Source: Octopus vulgaris (taxonomy: Eukaryota). From it: a stretch of 64,000 nucleotides of DNA. The notes under the pieces were generated by a model. It did no database searches, had not been told where the DNA came from, and was given only the letters and a program-made list of their open reading frames with translations. Shown here piece by piece: positions 1 to 13,866 of this stretch; positions within the stretch are counted from its first letter, which is position 1; every line of letters starts with the position of its first letter. Position numbers and translations under genes: made by a program. The stretch is taken from contig OX597822.1 in the NCBI GenBank assembly GCA_951406725.2, positions 85,064,001-85,128,000 on the forward strand, written 5' to 3'.

Positions 1-255
1 ATACTGTAGTGTGCATTTCTAGTGAAAATATTCTGAAGATAGTAAAATGGAAGAACCCGAAAAATCGTTTGATTTATAAATATTTGTTAAGCATTCCTTC
101 TGTTAAAATTTCCGGATGAACACACCTCGCAGCAACATCAAACTCCTTCTGTCATCAAATGCCACATATCAAGTAGTGAAAGTGTAGCAAAGCTAACGGT
201 GGTGCTCCAGCATGGCAGAAGCACTCGAGCCGAAACTAATTCAAGAAAAATAGAA
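1..255 (+). mobile_element. Degenerate 3' end of a CR1-group LINE (same family as 20490-20850)
   Basis: Remnant peptide ...FPDE...AATSNSFCHQM followed by the 3' tail GGTGGTGCTCCAGCATGGC...CCGAAACTA and an A-rich end, matching the minus-strand copy at about 20500-20850. Confidence 0.6.
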
Positions 256-399
256 TTTATATTACAGTTTGTTTCCCGTTCTAATTTCACAACCTAACGG
301 TGTTGGTTTTACCGATTCGAGAAGTAAGAACGGTAATGTAAGTCTGGTGAGTTTCGATAAATTTATTGTGTCGTGGTAAAAAGAAGGATTTGCCTTTTT

Positions 400-780
400 A
401 GAAAAACAGACTTCTCTGAGAAACAAACGGCACATTGATCGTCTGTCATCGCTCGTCTGTGATATCATTAAACCTGGATAGCAAACGGAAAGATGATACA
501 ACGAAGAGGAGCGGTGAAGTGAGGGCAAAGCAAGACCCTTAGTCCTCCATAAATATTTGTAGGAGCAACAGCGAGCAACTACGCTGGTGTGCACTCACTG
601 TGCAATGCGATTCATTTTCAATTTTTGGCTTTACCCAATTCACTTCAGTACTGCAGTCAGATAGTGAATGACTGTTGTCGAGTCAGTGTTTGCAAGATCA
701 TCTTTGATGGTCTTGCAAAAACCTTGCAGGTCACAACTCAACCAGTTCATCTCCATTGACTGCCTCAGATTATAAATTCC
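400..780 (-). pseudogene. Possible highly decayed mariner-type transposase fragment
   Basis: Broken minus-strand frames give STTVIHYL...LGKAK...SAHQR...CSLLL...DITDER, loosely like the mariner HTH-linker to 'IVTGDEKW' region. Many indels and stops. Confidence 0.25.
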
Positions 781-1145
781 AAATTACAAATGTAAAAGAT
801 GGTTTCATGTTCTTGTACTTATTTAACTTTCATCGAAGCGGATCATGCCATCGAAACCACGCCAGCTTTGACCGTTTGGGCATTTAGACGAAGTGTATCT
901 AAGACATATTAAGCAATGTATTCTTATCGTTTTTTAAGACAAAATGTATGACATGAGGCATAATTGACTGCCTTTTCAATATTTAGATTTTGAGACGTTC
1001 ATCCCCACCCATGTTTAAAATATCCGCCACAGTTTTTAAACACGCGCGCGCGCGTTTTTCAGTTGAAAAACTGCGCATGGGTGGGGGTCTGTATGTCCGT
1101 TAAACTGGCATGGTGCGTTTCGGAGGTGTATTATTTGATTTCTAC

Positions 1146-1180
<35 letters not shown>

Positions 1181-1593
1181 CATATATACGACAGACTTTT
1201 AGTTTTCGTCTACCAAATCCACTTCCGGTATTCGTTTCGGTAGCACTGCCAGGCCAGGTATTTCTAGAAGTTATTCATGATAGTCCCTGGCCTGAAACAG
1301 ACCAGCATTCCTCCGAAACAGACCTTGTCGACACCAAGAGTTTCTCCTGGAATATCACCGCTCTTCAGACAACAGAAATGACGTAAAGCATAATTAACTG
1401 TTTTCTTATTGGCCAAATTATCACACCAAGCTGCAACTACATCTGTTTTAACACAGGTCTCCCATCAAGAACTTTGGGAAAATGAAATTTGCATAAATTT
1501 ATTTCTGTAATATCGAACTGTTTGTGGAAAGGGGAAAAAAGGAACGCCAAAGCCAATTGCTTATGCTCGTGTCAACACGGCTGCCCGCCTCAG

Positions 1594-1636
<43 letters not shown>

Positions 1637-3123
1637 ATATGAATGTGAGGCTGAAAATTATTTGCAAGTAATACAAACCTATGAATCTATGAGAGCTTGT
1701 GCATAGGAGACCCAGAACCATGAGATGGCGTTCTACCCATGACTTCATCGGCTTACTCTCGAATACTGCGTATCTGTTGCTACATTACAAAGCGCTGGAT
1801 AAACAGCTATAGTTGTGTCTGTGTACTAATGTGTTGTGTGTGTTTATGCGTGTGGACAAAATGGATGCGTATACATTTGATCTACAACTCGAGATGGCAT
1901 TTCGAAAATTTAATCGTCATTAGTCTATAGGATAATAATACGATATATATATGTAAAATATCCCATCGACATTTTGGTACAACTTTTGGCAGCCGTATTA
2001 AAGCCTGTATTTTTGGTGTTATAAATAGCACCAGCATAATGTCAAACTCAATTTTAATTAACTGTCATTAGAGCTCCGTCAAAAGACTGTTTATCCTTCT
2101 AATACACACACACACACACACTTCTTTTTATCAAATAAACCAATAACAGAATCTCAATGTGGTCTCTCGACCTACAAGAAACAACAGGCCTGTCTTCGTC
2201 ATATGTCCTACCATTTTAAAGAGGTTGTTTGATCAATGTAATCTTTTACGTACAAAAAGACAAGAAGGTCACATCTGGAACACCGTTGATCCCTGGATTT
2301 GCTCCATCAGGTTAGAGACCAGGATGTAAACAACAAATGCTAATCAGGAGGTCGATCGAAGATGAAAACCTGTGCAGTGTTGTTCATGCCTTTCCTAAAG
2401 GTTGCAAAATAGTTTACAATAAATATTGTTAATTCGGTTTCAAATAAAATAAAAATGCTGAATTCAAACATTTTCCTTTGTCAGCTATAACTACCGTCAG
2501 CACAACTTCTTAATTTTAAGCAGACGAAGGAGAATCAATGGAGCTGCTCGACTTGCTAAGAATCATAGCAAGGTTTCTCAAGTTAGTTCTATTATTTCAT
2601 AATTGTTGAGCCCCCAGATTCAATTCGAAGCCAGTAGTTCTATCGACCAACGTATTTCATCCATAATTATCTCGTTTTCTCCTTTTCAAACAATGTATCA
2701 AGAACTAAACTCCTTGCGTCGTTTTCCTCCATTTCCTTGTTTTGAAAGTTTGTATAGAAAATAGAGATCGCTTAATAAGAGATCAATAATATCTATTAAT
2801 CAATGCATCGTGATTAGACAGAAAATTCCAATGACAGATGGTATACTGCTTCAGTTCGAAAGCAACAAATATTGCAAATTATGCGATAATCAAATCTGTA
2901 AATAAAACTTTGAACACCAGGAAGGTAAGAATGATTTTGTGGCTGCGTAACAAATAAAAAAAGTTTTAAAAAATGACAAAAATCCTATTTACTAAAAGCG
3001 GAGAAGCGGAAGTATTTAACATATGCCAGGACACAGCACAAAAATGTAGGGTTATACACGCACAGACACACATTTAAATATATACATACATATATATATA
3101 GGTGTGTGTGTGTATGCACAGAG

Positions 3124-3222
<99 letters not shown>

Positions 3223-3229
3223 AGAGTTT

Positions 3230-3400
3230 ACGAAAAAAACAAAAGACGAAGACAGGTGGTGTACAAAACAAACAGATGTATTAGTATAACGCTCAGGAAT
3301 AGAAAAAGTCTTTTACGTTTCGAGCCTACGCTCTTCTACAGAAAGGTACACAGAAAAAACAAGGAGTGAAAAACATGTTTAGTGGCTAACGATCTTCTCA
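3230..3400 (-). mobile_element. Dispersed ~170-bp repeat carrying a hammerhead-like motif (copy 1)
   Basis: Near-identical to 27845-28010, 48665-48840 (minus) and 59960-60110 (plus). Core on the minus strand: CTTT CTGTAGA A GAGC GTAG GCTC GAAACGT A AAAG (3310-3345). Confidence 0.75.
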
Positions 3401-3404
3401 GCTA

Positions 3405-3545
3405 CGAGTACACATGTTCGGCCAAGTAGACTGGAGCAATGTGCAATGAAGTACCTTGCTTAAAGGCACAACGTGCCACCCAAACCAGGGATTAAACTCA
3501 CAACTTGACGGTCGTGAGTCTAAACACTAAGCCACGCGCCTCTGT
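3405..3545 (-). mobile_element. Degenerate tRNA-headed SINE fragment
   Basis: Minus strand has GGCGCGTGGCTTAGTG...GAGTTTAATCCC (A/B-box-like) then GTGCCTTTAAGCAAGGTACTTCATTGCACATTGCTCCAGTCTACT. Related pieces at about 6830-7045 (minus) and 50060-50200 (plus). Confidence 0.55.
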
Positions 3546-3619
3546 ACTTACACATACACACATACCTATACCCGCCCGCACACACAGATGTATATATGTG
3601 TGTGAAAGAGAGACGGAGA

Positions 3620-3659
<40 letters not shown>

Positions 3660-3837
3660 AAGAGAGAAAGTGAGAGAGAATGAAATAATATTGTATTTGG
3701 CGAGTAACTCCGTGTGGTTTTAAACGTATACGAATGCCAGAAAACGTATATTTGTAGATGTGTACGGATATCGGCACATACATAGATTCATGCACACCCA
3801 CCTACATACACACACAAACACTCACACACACACATAT

Positions 3838-3890
<53 letters not shown>

Positions 3891-4479
3891 ACACACACAC
3901 ACACACATACACACATATATACGTTCATACATACCTGCTCACATCCGTACATACAAACCTACGTATTTATATACATACATACACGCACACATACATGCAT
4001 ATACGCATACATGTATAGATAAACATACATACGTATATGCACGGACACACACACACACAAATTGTTACTCTTTTAATAACATGAAATTGAGTTCTATTTA
4101 CGCACGTGCATGTGGTCTCATCTTTCTGTTTTCGAGTAATTAACCTTTCCACTCGCTAGAGGTATGGTACCTTGTCAATCTAAATACGAGCAACACACAC
4201 ACACACACGGTAGTAACCTAATAAAACCGCAGCAACCAAGAGAAATAACGATGTTCTACAAATATATTAAATATCATTTGCATCATCATCATCGTCACTG
4301 TCAATAACTGTCTGTTCTTTTACTTCCAGCCATTGTTGTTGCTGTGACGATGCAACCTATAGCAGCTCTTATCGAACAGTCATATGATTAACGGCGTTCC
4401 AGCCGTGAGTCTCTCGCAGTTTTAGGTGTATCTAATACGACATAAACCAGTATTAGCCTCTTTTCTTAAGTCAGAAGGG

Positions 4480-4720
4480 CGTGATTTAAGGGTAATTCAG
4501 CTGTTATTTCTAACCCGTCCCATGACTCTATACGAGGTACATCGTTGCGCCGACGAAGTTTTATATTCATATAGATGGTGTTTAGGTGCAGCAGAAGTTG
4601 TGATGTTCATGCCTTTCTTTCTAGGGATAGACTAAGGACGTAGCAAGAAATCCTAATGTAACGGCTTAACCTGCTCGAAATAATAGGTAAATCTCCCTCA
4701 AATTAGACCCTACCATTTGA
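4480..4720. repeat. Abundant degenerate dispersed repeat (consensus-like CTGCTAGAAATAGCAGCCAAATCTCCCTCAAATCACACCCTACC), here in both orientations
   Basis: Minus-orientation copy at about 4480-4520 and plus-orientation copy at about 4669-4720. Similar motifs at about 2165, 2545, 5610, 7115, 17545, 33335, 36430, 41432, 49460, 54722 and 54935. Confidence 0.55.
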
Positions 4721-5747
4721 TAACAAAGTCCCAGACACATTTCTTGAAATGACTGTTGTGGGAAAGAAAGGACAAACCGATTTCTGATGTGCTGGAAAAT
4801 TCAGAAAGACAAAGAATTTTTTCTGGAACAACTTTGATCACATGTCCGCTCCAGCTGGGATTAAGCAACACCAAAAGGCTCCATACTAATGTATAAGGCT
4901 ATTATTGATCCATTAATGCCAGGTCAGTGGCAGAAATGGTGGCAAGTGGGTTGGATATTTTTCTGTATACATCCCGTTCCTCCACAAGTTAAAACACTCC
5001 TTAGAGGTTTCATTGAAATGAGTATTTGTTTTATAATAGGAGCATTTCGAGCAATACAGCCTCATCTTCTCTAAAAATGTATGCTTGGTTGCCATTTCCC
5101 AGAACTTGACAGTTTCCTAACAGTTAACCAGTTTCGTATCAGAGGTGCAACTCTGTCGTGTTCCTTGAAAAACCACTTAAGTTTATTGATCTGAGGCACA
5201 AATGCAGACTAAGATCGTCGTCCTTATTTCTGTTAGTGTTGTTGCTGTTCTTTATGTCAATCTTGATCGAACAGAATCAAACTTGATCGATCAGTCCCCA
5301 TCCCATTATTTGGCAAGGTGGTATGAACGGTGTCGACAACTATACTTTTGCATTTTACGGTTTGGTCGGAGTTAACTGATCATAACTTCTTTTCGACACC
5401 CTTTTCGAAGGCTCTGAAAAGTGCGATAGGCCTCGCCCTGCTACCCTTAACTCAGGCATCAAAAATAAGAAAGAAAGTGATCCACACACTGGAAGCTTGG
5501 TTCATTTTTGCTATGGTGCCCAAGAGCCAAATAGGGGTGAAGTTAAACCGGGTTTCGGATTGTCTCACCATCCAATGGTTACTATCCATCCTTTTTTAAG
5601 TTGAGATGTGATATGAGGAATATTTAGCTGCTGTTTCTTGCTGATTGAGTAGTCATGTAGAGGTTTCTTTGATGGCTCAGATTTACTAATCAGCAATATT
5701 ACATTGATTTCTTGGTGGAATTGTTTCCTTAAATGGTCACTTGAAAG

Positions 5748-6316
5748 CAGTGGTTCTTAACCAGGGTCCATACGGCCTGTGGGGATCCATATAAGATTTT
5801 GTTGCTAAAAATGATGTGCAACAAATTAGTTATATTTCTACAATTCACAAAATATTTTTACAATTTTTTATACAATATATCTAATTAGAAATATTACATT
5901 TCTAAATCTCTCAGAGAGATTTATACAGTAGCAACACTATAAAGTAGTGGTAATTTGTCGACTTAATGTGACAGTCCCATGAAAGGGAATAATACTACTG
6001 CTATTTAGCCCTAGGAATCACCGCTTCTTGTCGGATGCTAGCTTTGCTGGGTGGAGGTGCTTATCTCCCCCTTTGTAAACATAAGGACACAAGAAATGCG
6101 TTAAGACCGACAGGAAGCGGTGCTTTCTAGGGCTAAATAGCAGTAGTATTATTCCCTTTCATGGGACTGTCACATTATGTTGACAACATACTACCACTTT
6201 AACATCTAATTATAAAAATATAAAGACATTTTTAATGATCAAATGGCTATCTGGAACCACCCGAGTGAAACAGGAAACAAAGGGATCCATGGGCAAATAA
6301 TGGTCGAGAAACAATG
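5748..6316. mobile_element. hAT-like MITE (CAGTGGTTCTCAAC-type termini) with a nested palindromic element
   Basis: Left end CAGTGGTTCTTAACC at 5748 and degenerate right end GGTCGAGAAACAATG at about 6302-6316. The same termini recur at about 24290, 35647, 37075/37445, 47126, 49803 and 62317. Confidence 0.6.
5943..6198. mobile_element. Palindromic MITE with ~92-bp inverted arms, possibly Kolobok-like (AG...CT ends, ATAA/TTAA flanks)
   Basis: Arm 5943-6034 (...TAATGTGACAGTCCCATGAAAGGGAATAATACTACTGCTATTTAGCCCTAG...) is the near-perfect reverse complement of 6107-6198. Flanks are ATAA (5939-5942) and TTAA (6199-6202). Confidence 0.8.
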
Positions 6317-7358
6317 TTTTAAATAAATGGGGGGTGGGGGTGGAGACGCATTCGATATGAAGAATAAGCCTTTGAGCCTTGTGTTTATTTTATGAGAAAT
6401 CTTTATTCCATGACTTGGTAGCCTCAAGAATTCAAACGGCAGTCAATGGAGTTGTTAATTCTGATGGTTGTAAAAATATGATTCGTCTCCGTCGGTTTCG
6501 ACGATCAGTGTTCAACTGACCGAACTACTGTAATCTCGACACATTGAGTTAATATAGAAGCTGCTGAGTGCTCAACACGTTCTATAGTAATTCTCATGTG
6601 ACACACTGGGACAGTTCTGGATCTTTGAATTCTAGGTATAACCCATCAGACAGCTTCTGTTTAATTTCCGTTGACTCAGGCTTGGGTCAACTCGTGACGA
6701 TGGTAAAAGATTTTTGCCCAAGGTGCCTTGCTGCATGATCGAAACCAGGAACTCGTGATTACGAGACGAACCTCTTAGCTACTCGTGTATGCCGGATCCA
6801 TAAATTTAGAGTCTGTCCCAACCCTAGAGGTCCGTTAAGCCGGAGTTTGTTGTTCCAGAGGACTCTCTACTGAACGAGATAACAGTTCGCCGATGTGTTA
6901 ACCCCAATGCTCTTCGCAACCGAGTTGAATGGGGTAACGTTAAATGAAATGATTTACCCACTTAACCCCCAGCTCGGTCCGGAGATTGAACCCACGGTCT
7001 TACAAATTGTGATCCCAGCACTCTAACCACTAAACAACACACCTTCGTTAAAATAACGACCAATACGAGAAAAGGATGAACTATCATCTCAAAGAAAGGC
7101 CCGAAGGGGTCAGTCGATTTGCTAAAAGTAACAACCAAATTTTATGTTACTCATACTGTACCGTTTAAAAAATGAAAAGACGCGGATTTTAGATTAGATT
7201 GTAGCTGAAAACAAAAAGGAACGATTATGATCACAGAGCTGTTCGTTCAACTATGGCCTGGGGTTAAACAACATCATCATCAACAACAACAACACGAGTG
7301 GATTCAATCTTGGTAAATTAGCCTTTTTCCTTCATCTAAAAAAGGTGTTATTTTTACC

Positions 7359-7416
<58 letters not shown>

Positions 7417-9064
7417 TATTTTGTAAGTGCGTAAGTGTGCTGTTTGTCGGGTTTGTTTTCTTTGAAAACTAGTCCCAACTAGTAACTTGTCTCGAATTTA
7501 ATACTTTTTTTTTTTACTTCATGGCAATAACAAATGATAAACGCAGCCCCACTGTCATTCGTGTGTGTGTGTGTGTGTGTGTGTGGACACCTGTGTGTTT
7601 ATATTTATCTAGGAAATTACGCAATTATTGTAATTGTATTTAATCACATTGTTAACCATTTAATTATGTGTGTTTATTTATGTTCGGGATTGCTTTGGCT
7701 TCTAACATCGCATTTATTTCAGACTTGCTACATACCTTTCGGTTCTGGAATGTAATAATTTAAAAACAAATGAGCACAAATTGAATTAATTTGAAAAGGG
7801 TTCAATATTCTTAAAGAGTCGATTGGTAAAATCCTAATAGCGTCGGACAAATAACGTTCCGAGTTCAAGAACCAATGCCTTCTATGTACATTGAGTTGAT
7901 AATTAAATACAAAATACAAGTATGAATAAATGCGCTCAACAACGGTAAGGGAGAGTAACAGGTACGATACATGCATGGCAAAGGACCTGATTTGTTTACC
8001 CAGACTGAACAACACATATATATTCCCAGATGCATTACGCACACGCACACACACACACACACACACACTTAAATATCATTTGCTCACTCTCTATACCTCT
8101 ATTATTTTATCACGTTACCTCCCCAACTCCTTAATGGTTTTGAATTCTTTCCATCTCTCCTCTCTCCCCGTCTGATATGCCTGCTGGGTAGCCTTCTCCC
8201 CCCCACTCGTTCTGACATAGATGCACACATACGTATACGTATATACATATATATACACACACAAGCACACACACACATACATGCATGCATGCATGCATGC
8301 ATACATACATACATACATATGTATATATTTAGATACATATATATGTAAATGCATACATGTAAAAAGAATGAGTACGCATCTCATCAATTACATCTTAATT
8401 AACAAAACTCTGCGGCGGATCTTCATGCTAAGTTCTTGAAGGTAAGCATGTACTTAGGATGATGAGCAAAAATCTTCGTCATCTTAGAAAAGTTTCCAGT
8501 TCTGAGGCATTATACAGCACAACTTTAGCGCGAGAAATGAAAACATAACCGTTTAGAAGGTTCCCTTTTCAAGAAGATCACGAATGATTCTAGTCTATGA
8601 TGTGGAATGAAAGGCGAGATTTCACCCAGGATTCATGGTAGCTCAGGAAATAAAATTGTACGAACATCGGCAGTAAAACACATAATCGACTCTGAAGTTT
8701 TCACTGTAGACAAACTGCATAAGGAGAAGCAACGTGGAAGAGACCTAATCGTCGGAGAATGTTATAAGAGGCTGGCTTGTTACAGAAAACCTTGTCTATC
8801 CTCAAAATTGGATTACTACAGTACGGAGGAATCTTGTAACCAAGAAGAAATCCAAGAACAAAATGCTTTTAAAGTAACTTCCAAAGTATTTTTTAAAATC
8901 TTAGCTTTCAAAACCTCATGCAGTAATTTTCACTACAAATGTTACAACATTTTGCTTTATTTTGCATACTCACGTATGTATATACAAGTAATACAAATAC
9001 ACATTTTGAGTTTACCAACGCATAGATATGCATATATTAAAAAAGAAATAGAAGAACATTCTTT

Positions 9065-9275
9065 GAGAAATTTATCATGGGAACAAGTTAGAAATTATTA
9101 ATAGTTTTATGAAAACATGCTACCGGTTTCAATCACGTTAGAATAGCGATTTAGTCATAGAGGAATAAAAGTAAAAATAGACTGAAATAAATAGAATCAA
9201 AGCGGTTGAAACCGGTAGCATATTCTGATAACAATGCAAAGATTCTATTTTCACTTTTACCTATGATAAAGTTCT
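9065..9275. repeat. Imperfect inverted repeat
   Basis: ATGCTACCGGTTTCAA (about 9117-9132) and TTGAAACCGGTAGCAT (about 9206-9221), with weaker complementarity extending outwards to TTTATCATGG / CCTATGATAAA. Confidence 0.6.
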
Positions 9276-9687
9276 TTTGGTTTTAATATAAATTTATTCG
9301 TGTGAAACTGCTTAACCACTTCAATATGCATACACACATATACATATATGTGTATTATGTATGTATGTATGCATGTATGTATATTCCGTTATTAGTTTTT
9401 TTTCATCAACTTCTCAGGCTAATTGGTTTTTATTTAATAATTTATTTATTTCTATTACAAGTCCCTTCTATTTCACAGTGCATTCCCTAGAGACAGCATT
9501 GCTTGTAACCATGCATTTTAAACTATTATTTAAAATCAAACTGGATTGAGTGAACGTATCATAACAACCAGTCCGGGTTGGGGAAGTGAGAAGGAAAATA
9601 ATAATGAAATCGAGAACAGCAATCAGTTTATTTTATTGTTTATGAGAATCCAGCCATTTGTTACACGACACCGCCTACTTGCAACTG

Positions 9688-9727
<40 letters not shown>

Positions 9728-9760
9728 TAAATAAATATATATATACATATTTATATATGT

Positions 9761-9848
<88 letters not shown>

Positions 9849-9995
9849 TATATATATATATATATATATATAGAGATAAATATATATATATAAATATATT
9901 CATTTATATATATATTTATATATGTATACATATAAATAGAGATAAATAAATATATATAAATATATTCATTTATATATATATTTATATATGTATAC

Positions 9996-10026
<31 letters not shown>

Positions 10027-10109
10027 AATATATTCATTTATATTATATATGTTTATATATGTATACATATTTATATATGTATACATATTTATATATGTAT
10101 ACATATTTA

Positions 10110-10156
<47 letters not shown>

Positions 10157-10503
10157 TATATGTATGTGTCTATAAATAAATAAATATATATATATATGTT
10201 GCAATTCTATATGAGACAAACATAATGAAACATAAACAAATGTATTTAATGTGAATCCAGATATATGCATATACATATTTGTATATCAACAAGCACACTC
10301 ACATACGAATATACGTCTTCATACATACACAGACGCTATACTTACCACGTATATACTAATATATATATATATACACACACACTTTATAATATAAGAAATA
10401 ATAGGAAAGAATTCCTTTAATAAGAGTGAATAGCTCAAAACGAAATGCCACCTGCGAATATTATTACACAAATATATTTATACATGCATAATTATTATAC
10501 ACA

Positions 10504-10672
10504 CAGTGGAAACTGCTTATTATAATCACGGATAATATTGCCAGACATTGTTATCAAAATTAATGGCCTCTCAACCATGTTCAAGATGTCGGTGTATCCT
10601 CTGCTTAATGCTATCTGCTGGTACTTATCTAAACATTTCCGTTTTAATCGCGATCACAAGCGGCTCCCACTG
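10504..10672. mobile_element. pogo/Tigger-like MITE remnant
   Basis: Imperfect terminal inverted repeats CAGTGGAAACTGCTTA ... CAAGCGGCTCCCACTG. Confidence 0.45.
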
Positions 10673-10839
10673 TGTGTATAAGATATACACACGCATGTAT
10701 GTACATATGTGTGTGTGTGTGTGTGTGTATAGATAGATAGATTAATATAAACATGCAAACAAACACATGCATACAATCACACACACGTGTATACGCATAT
10801 GTACATATATATATACACACACACACACAAACAGATGCG

Positions 10840-10875
<36 letters not shown>

Positions 10876-11016
10876 TCACAAATAACACCTGTGCCCTGGC
10901 CCCGAAATTTTTAAATGCTCAAGATATTTATTGCAAGAAATCAGGCTCAACACCCGGATCTATCCTTGCTTTCTGTGTGATCACCACGAGAATCTATAGG
11001 TGTCTCGAGGATAGAT

Positions 11017-11059
<43 letters not shown>

Positions 11060-11060
<1 letters not shown>

Positions 11061-11177
11061 AGGTGGCGAGCTAGCAGAATTGTTTGCACGTCTGGCAAAA
11101 TTCCTAGCGGCATTTTGTCTGTCTTCAAGTTCTGAGTTCAAATTTCACCGAGGTCGACTTTGCCTTTCATCCTTTAG
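11060..11177 (+). mobile_element. SINE family B (tRNA-like head plus Deu/Nin-like domain), 5' part
   Basis: GGCGAGCTAGCAGAA...GAGTTCAAATT...GAGGTCGACTTTGCCTTTCATCCTTT, matching the fuller copies at 31936-32170 and 34521-34755. Confidence 0.7.
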
Positions 11178-11185
11178 TAGAAAGG

Positions 11186-11246
<61 letters not shown>

Positions 11247-11247
<1 letters not shown>

Positions 11248-11366
11248 CATCTTTGCACAACTTCTAACGCTGGAGATGTATTATGGTGTCAGCTGTTCAC
11301 TACCAGTGAACTAAGGTAACACCCCTTATTTTTCGAGCACCATCCGGAGTATTCGAGCAGTTCCTA
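11247..11366 (-). mobile_element. 5'-truncated 3' end of a Dong/R4-like RLE non-LTR element inside (AAT)n
   Basis: Minus strand reads GTARILRMVLEK* (R4/Dong C-terminal 'LGTA.ILR.VL' motif), followed by a short 3' UTR. (AAT)n on both sides. Confidence 0.65.
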
Positions 11367-11758
11367 TTATTATTTTCACGAAACACCGAGTTGCCCCATA
11401 AGTGTTAGCATAAGGATCATATACGTACAAGAACTACTGTAAAATACCACCCTGAGAAACAAAAATAACGGGTGGGAACTAAATACATTGTAAGTGAATA
11501 TAACGGATTTGAATACAATTTCGTTATGTATCTATTTGGCTGAAGCTGACACTGAGCAACAATGAAGTGTGTCAACCATTTCGAGTCTTAATATAATTTG
11601 GATGCAACAGTGGGTGTTGTTATTGTGACAAGTGCTCTGTATAAAATGTAATTACAGGTAATTCATTGGTGTCTTCTGATGTGTAATATAGAAGAAAATA
11701 CACACACACACATCACATACCCCAAGAGGCAGTACAAGTGTATTTGTATTGGTGTATG

Positions 11759-11824
<66 letters not shown>

Positions 11825-11983
11825 CGAGCGTGCGTGTATCACTCACAGAACCATAGGTGTATAGCACAAAGGAATATATTTTCGCATGTTTTCTGCGAAA
11901 TACCATTGAGGTTTAAAGCACTTGGCAGAGAGATGAAAGAAATGCAACAACAACAAATAATAATAATAATAATAATGATTTCA

Positions 11984-12189
11984 AATTTTGACACAAGGCC
12001 AGCAATTTCGTGGGAGCGGGGTAAGTCGATTACGTCAACCCCAGTGCTCAACTGGTTCTTATTTTAGCGACGGCGAAAGAATGAAAGGCAAAGTCGACCG
12101 CGGCAGAATTTGAACTCAGAACGTAAAGACGGACGAAATACCGCAAAGCATTTTGCCCGGCGTGCTAACGTTTCTGCCAGCTCGCCGCA
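11984..12189 (-). mobile_element. SINE family B copy
   Basis: Plus strand shows GAATGAAAGGCAAAGTCGACCGCGGCAGAATTTGAACTCAGAACGTAAAG...TCTGCCAGCTCGCC, the reverse complement of family B. Confidence 0.8.
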
Positions 12190-12541
12190 CTTATATAATG
12201 ATGATAATAATAATAATAATAATAACAATCATAATAACAATAACAATAATAATAGTAATAATAATAACAATGATAATAATAATAATAATAGTAATAATAA
12301 TAACAATGATAATAATAATAATAATAGTAATAATAATAACAATGATAGTAATAATTCAGTGATTGTGGTGGTATCTACAAGCAAACGTAATTATACACAA
12401 CCTCACCCTCTTTCTCTTTTCATTATATTAACGTGTCTACGCGCGCGCAAGCGTGTGTGCAGCTGTCGTCATATATATATATGTATACACAGTTCAATAT
12501 ATATGTGCAGTGATACAATCATATATCTATACATACATACA

Positions 12542-12608
<67 letters not shown>

Positions 12609-12819
12609 TCAACATCATCATCATCATCAACTTCAACATTTAACATCCGTTTTCCACGCTGGCATGCTTCGCTAAGTCATGCACCGTAGCAGAGACTCGA
12701 GTCAACTCTAACAAACTACTCCAAACCATTGCTAGGCATCTGCATCAGTGGAGTCAAGCCCAGATAGTTTGTACTGAAGCCAAACTAAACAGCGATATTC
12801 TGAACTACTTTAATCGAAA

Positions 12820-13290
12820 CCGGTGGAGTATCAAGCTATCGTCACCTAGCATTATAATACGATTGCGAAACATGGATGCTTTATAGTGGGACATCAAGAA
12901 GCTTGAGAATTTCTAGCAACAAAGCTCTGCGCCATTATCAAACATCAGATAAGATGTAGAGATAAACAGCAATGTTGTCCAAGAAAGTCGATGTATGCCA
13001 TGAAATACTAGCTTTGAGATTTAGAACAAGTGGTTAGAATGGAAGAGGAAATATTTCTTCGTCAAATACTCTTCAGTGAATTAACTATCGAGAAAAGACC
13101 AAGAAGGGTGTCTTTTCGCTATAACAAACACCAGGTAAAAATGTATCTCCAAACTAAAAACCGAAACTCAGAACCGTTCCAACGAACATCGCTCTTTTAC
13201 CACCGGAACTGTTGTAACCAAAGAACAACAGCAACAATCTCGCTCTCCAATCACTTCTTCACTTCCATATTTGTTGTGGCACACTTCACG
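12820..13290 (+). mobile_element. Decayed RTE-clade LINE, C-terminal ORF fragment
   Basis: Broken frames give YQAIVT...YDCETWMLY...DIKKLENF...VVRMEEEIFLRQILFSELTIEKRPR, typical of the RTE post-RT region (CETW, 'V.RM...KQILF.EL..GKR'). Confidence 0.7.
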
Positions 13291-13736
13291 TGATGATGAA
13301 GTTTCCTAGTCATGAATGCCATCAACAGGGAGGAACCACTTAATAAGAAAGAAATTGAAATTCTTGACCACGACAAACGGTCGCTGCCGACGACGAGGGT
13401 AAATTTTAATGGTGAATATCGCTTGTTAGACGACGAGAATTCACTTGTTCAATCAATTGAATTACCTGTTCTTGAATATGTAACTGGCCGAGTATTCCAC
13501 AGATACATGCAGTAATAATGAAAATCTCTAGGAGAACCTTTGTGGAAGAAGTGTGATTGGCTGTATTTTTAGAATTCCAAGTACAATCCCATTCAGCAAT
13601 CTCCTTTACAGTTTCCGACAAATTTCTCTCGACTGAGGCGCTGGAGAAAATTACATTTGGCCAACGTGCCACGCAGAGGAATCAAATCTAGGACCTCGTT
13701 GTGGTGAAGCGATCTTTTTAACTATTCGGCCATACT

Positions 13737-13795
<59 letters not shown>

Positions 13796-13866
13796 TGCTC
13801 TCTCGAAAACAAAAGGTTTTTATTTCTTTCAAATCCATCATGGCAGGTAAATAGTTAACATAAGAA

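Noticed and set aside
1487-1494. Octamer motif ATTTGCAT as an enhancer
   Set aside because: A single 8-mer is expected by chance in 64 kb of AT-rich DNA, and no conservation data are available.
8607-9101. 164-aa ORF as a host gene or GIY-YIG fragment
   Set aside because: No recognisable domain or splice structure, and only a vague resemblance to PLE C-termini.
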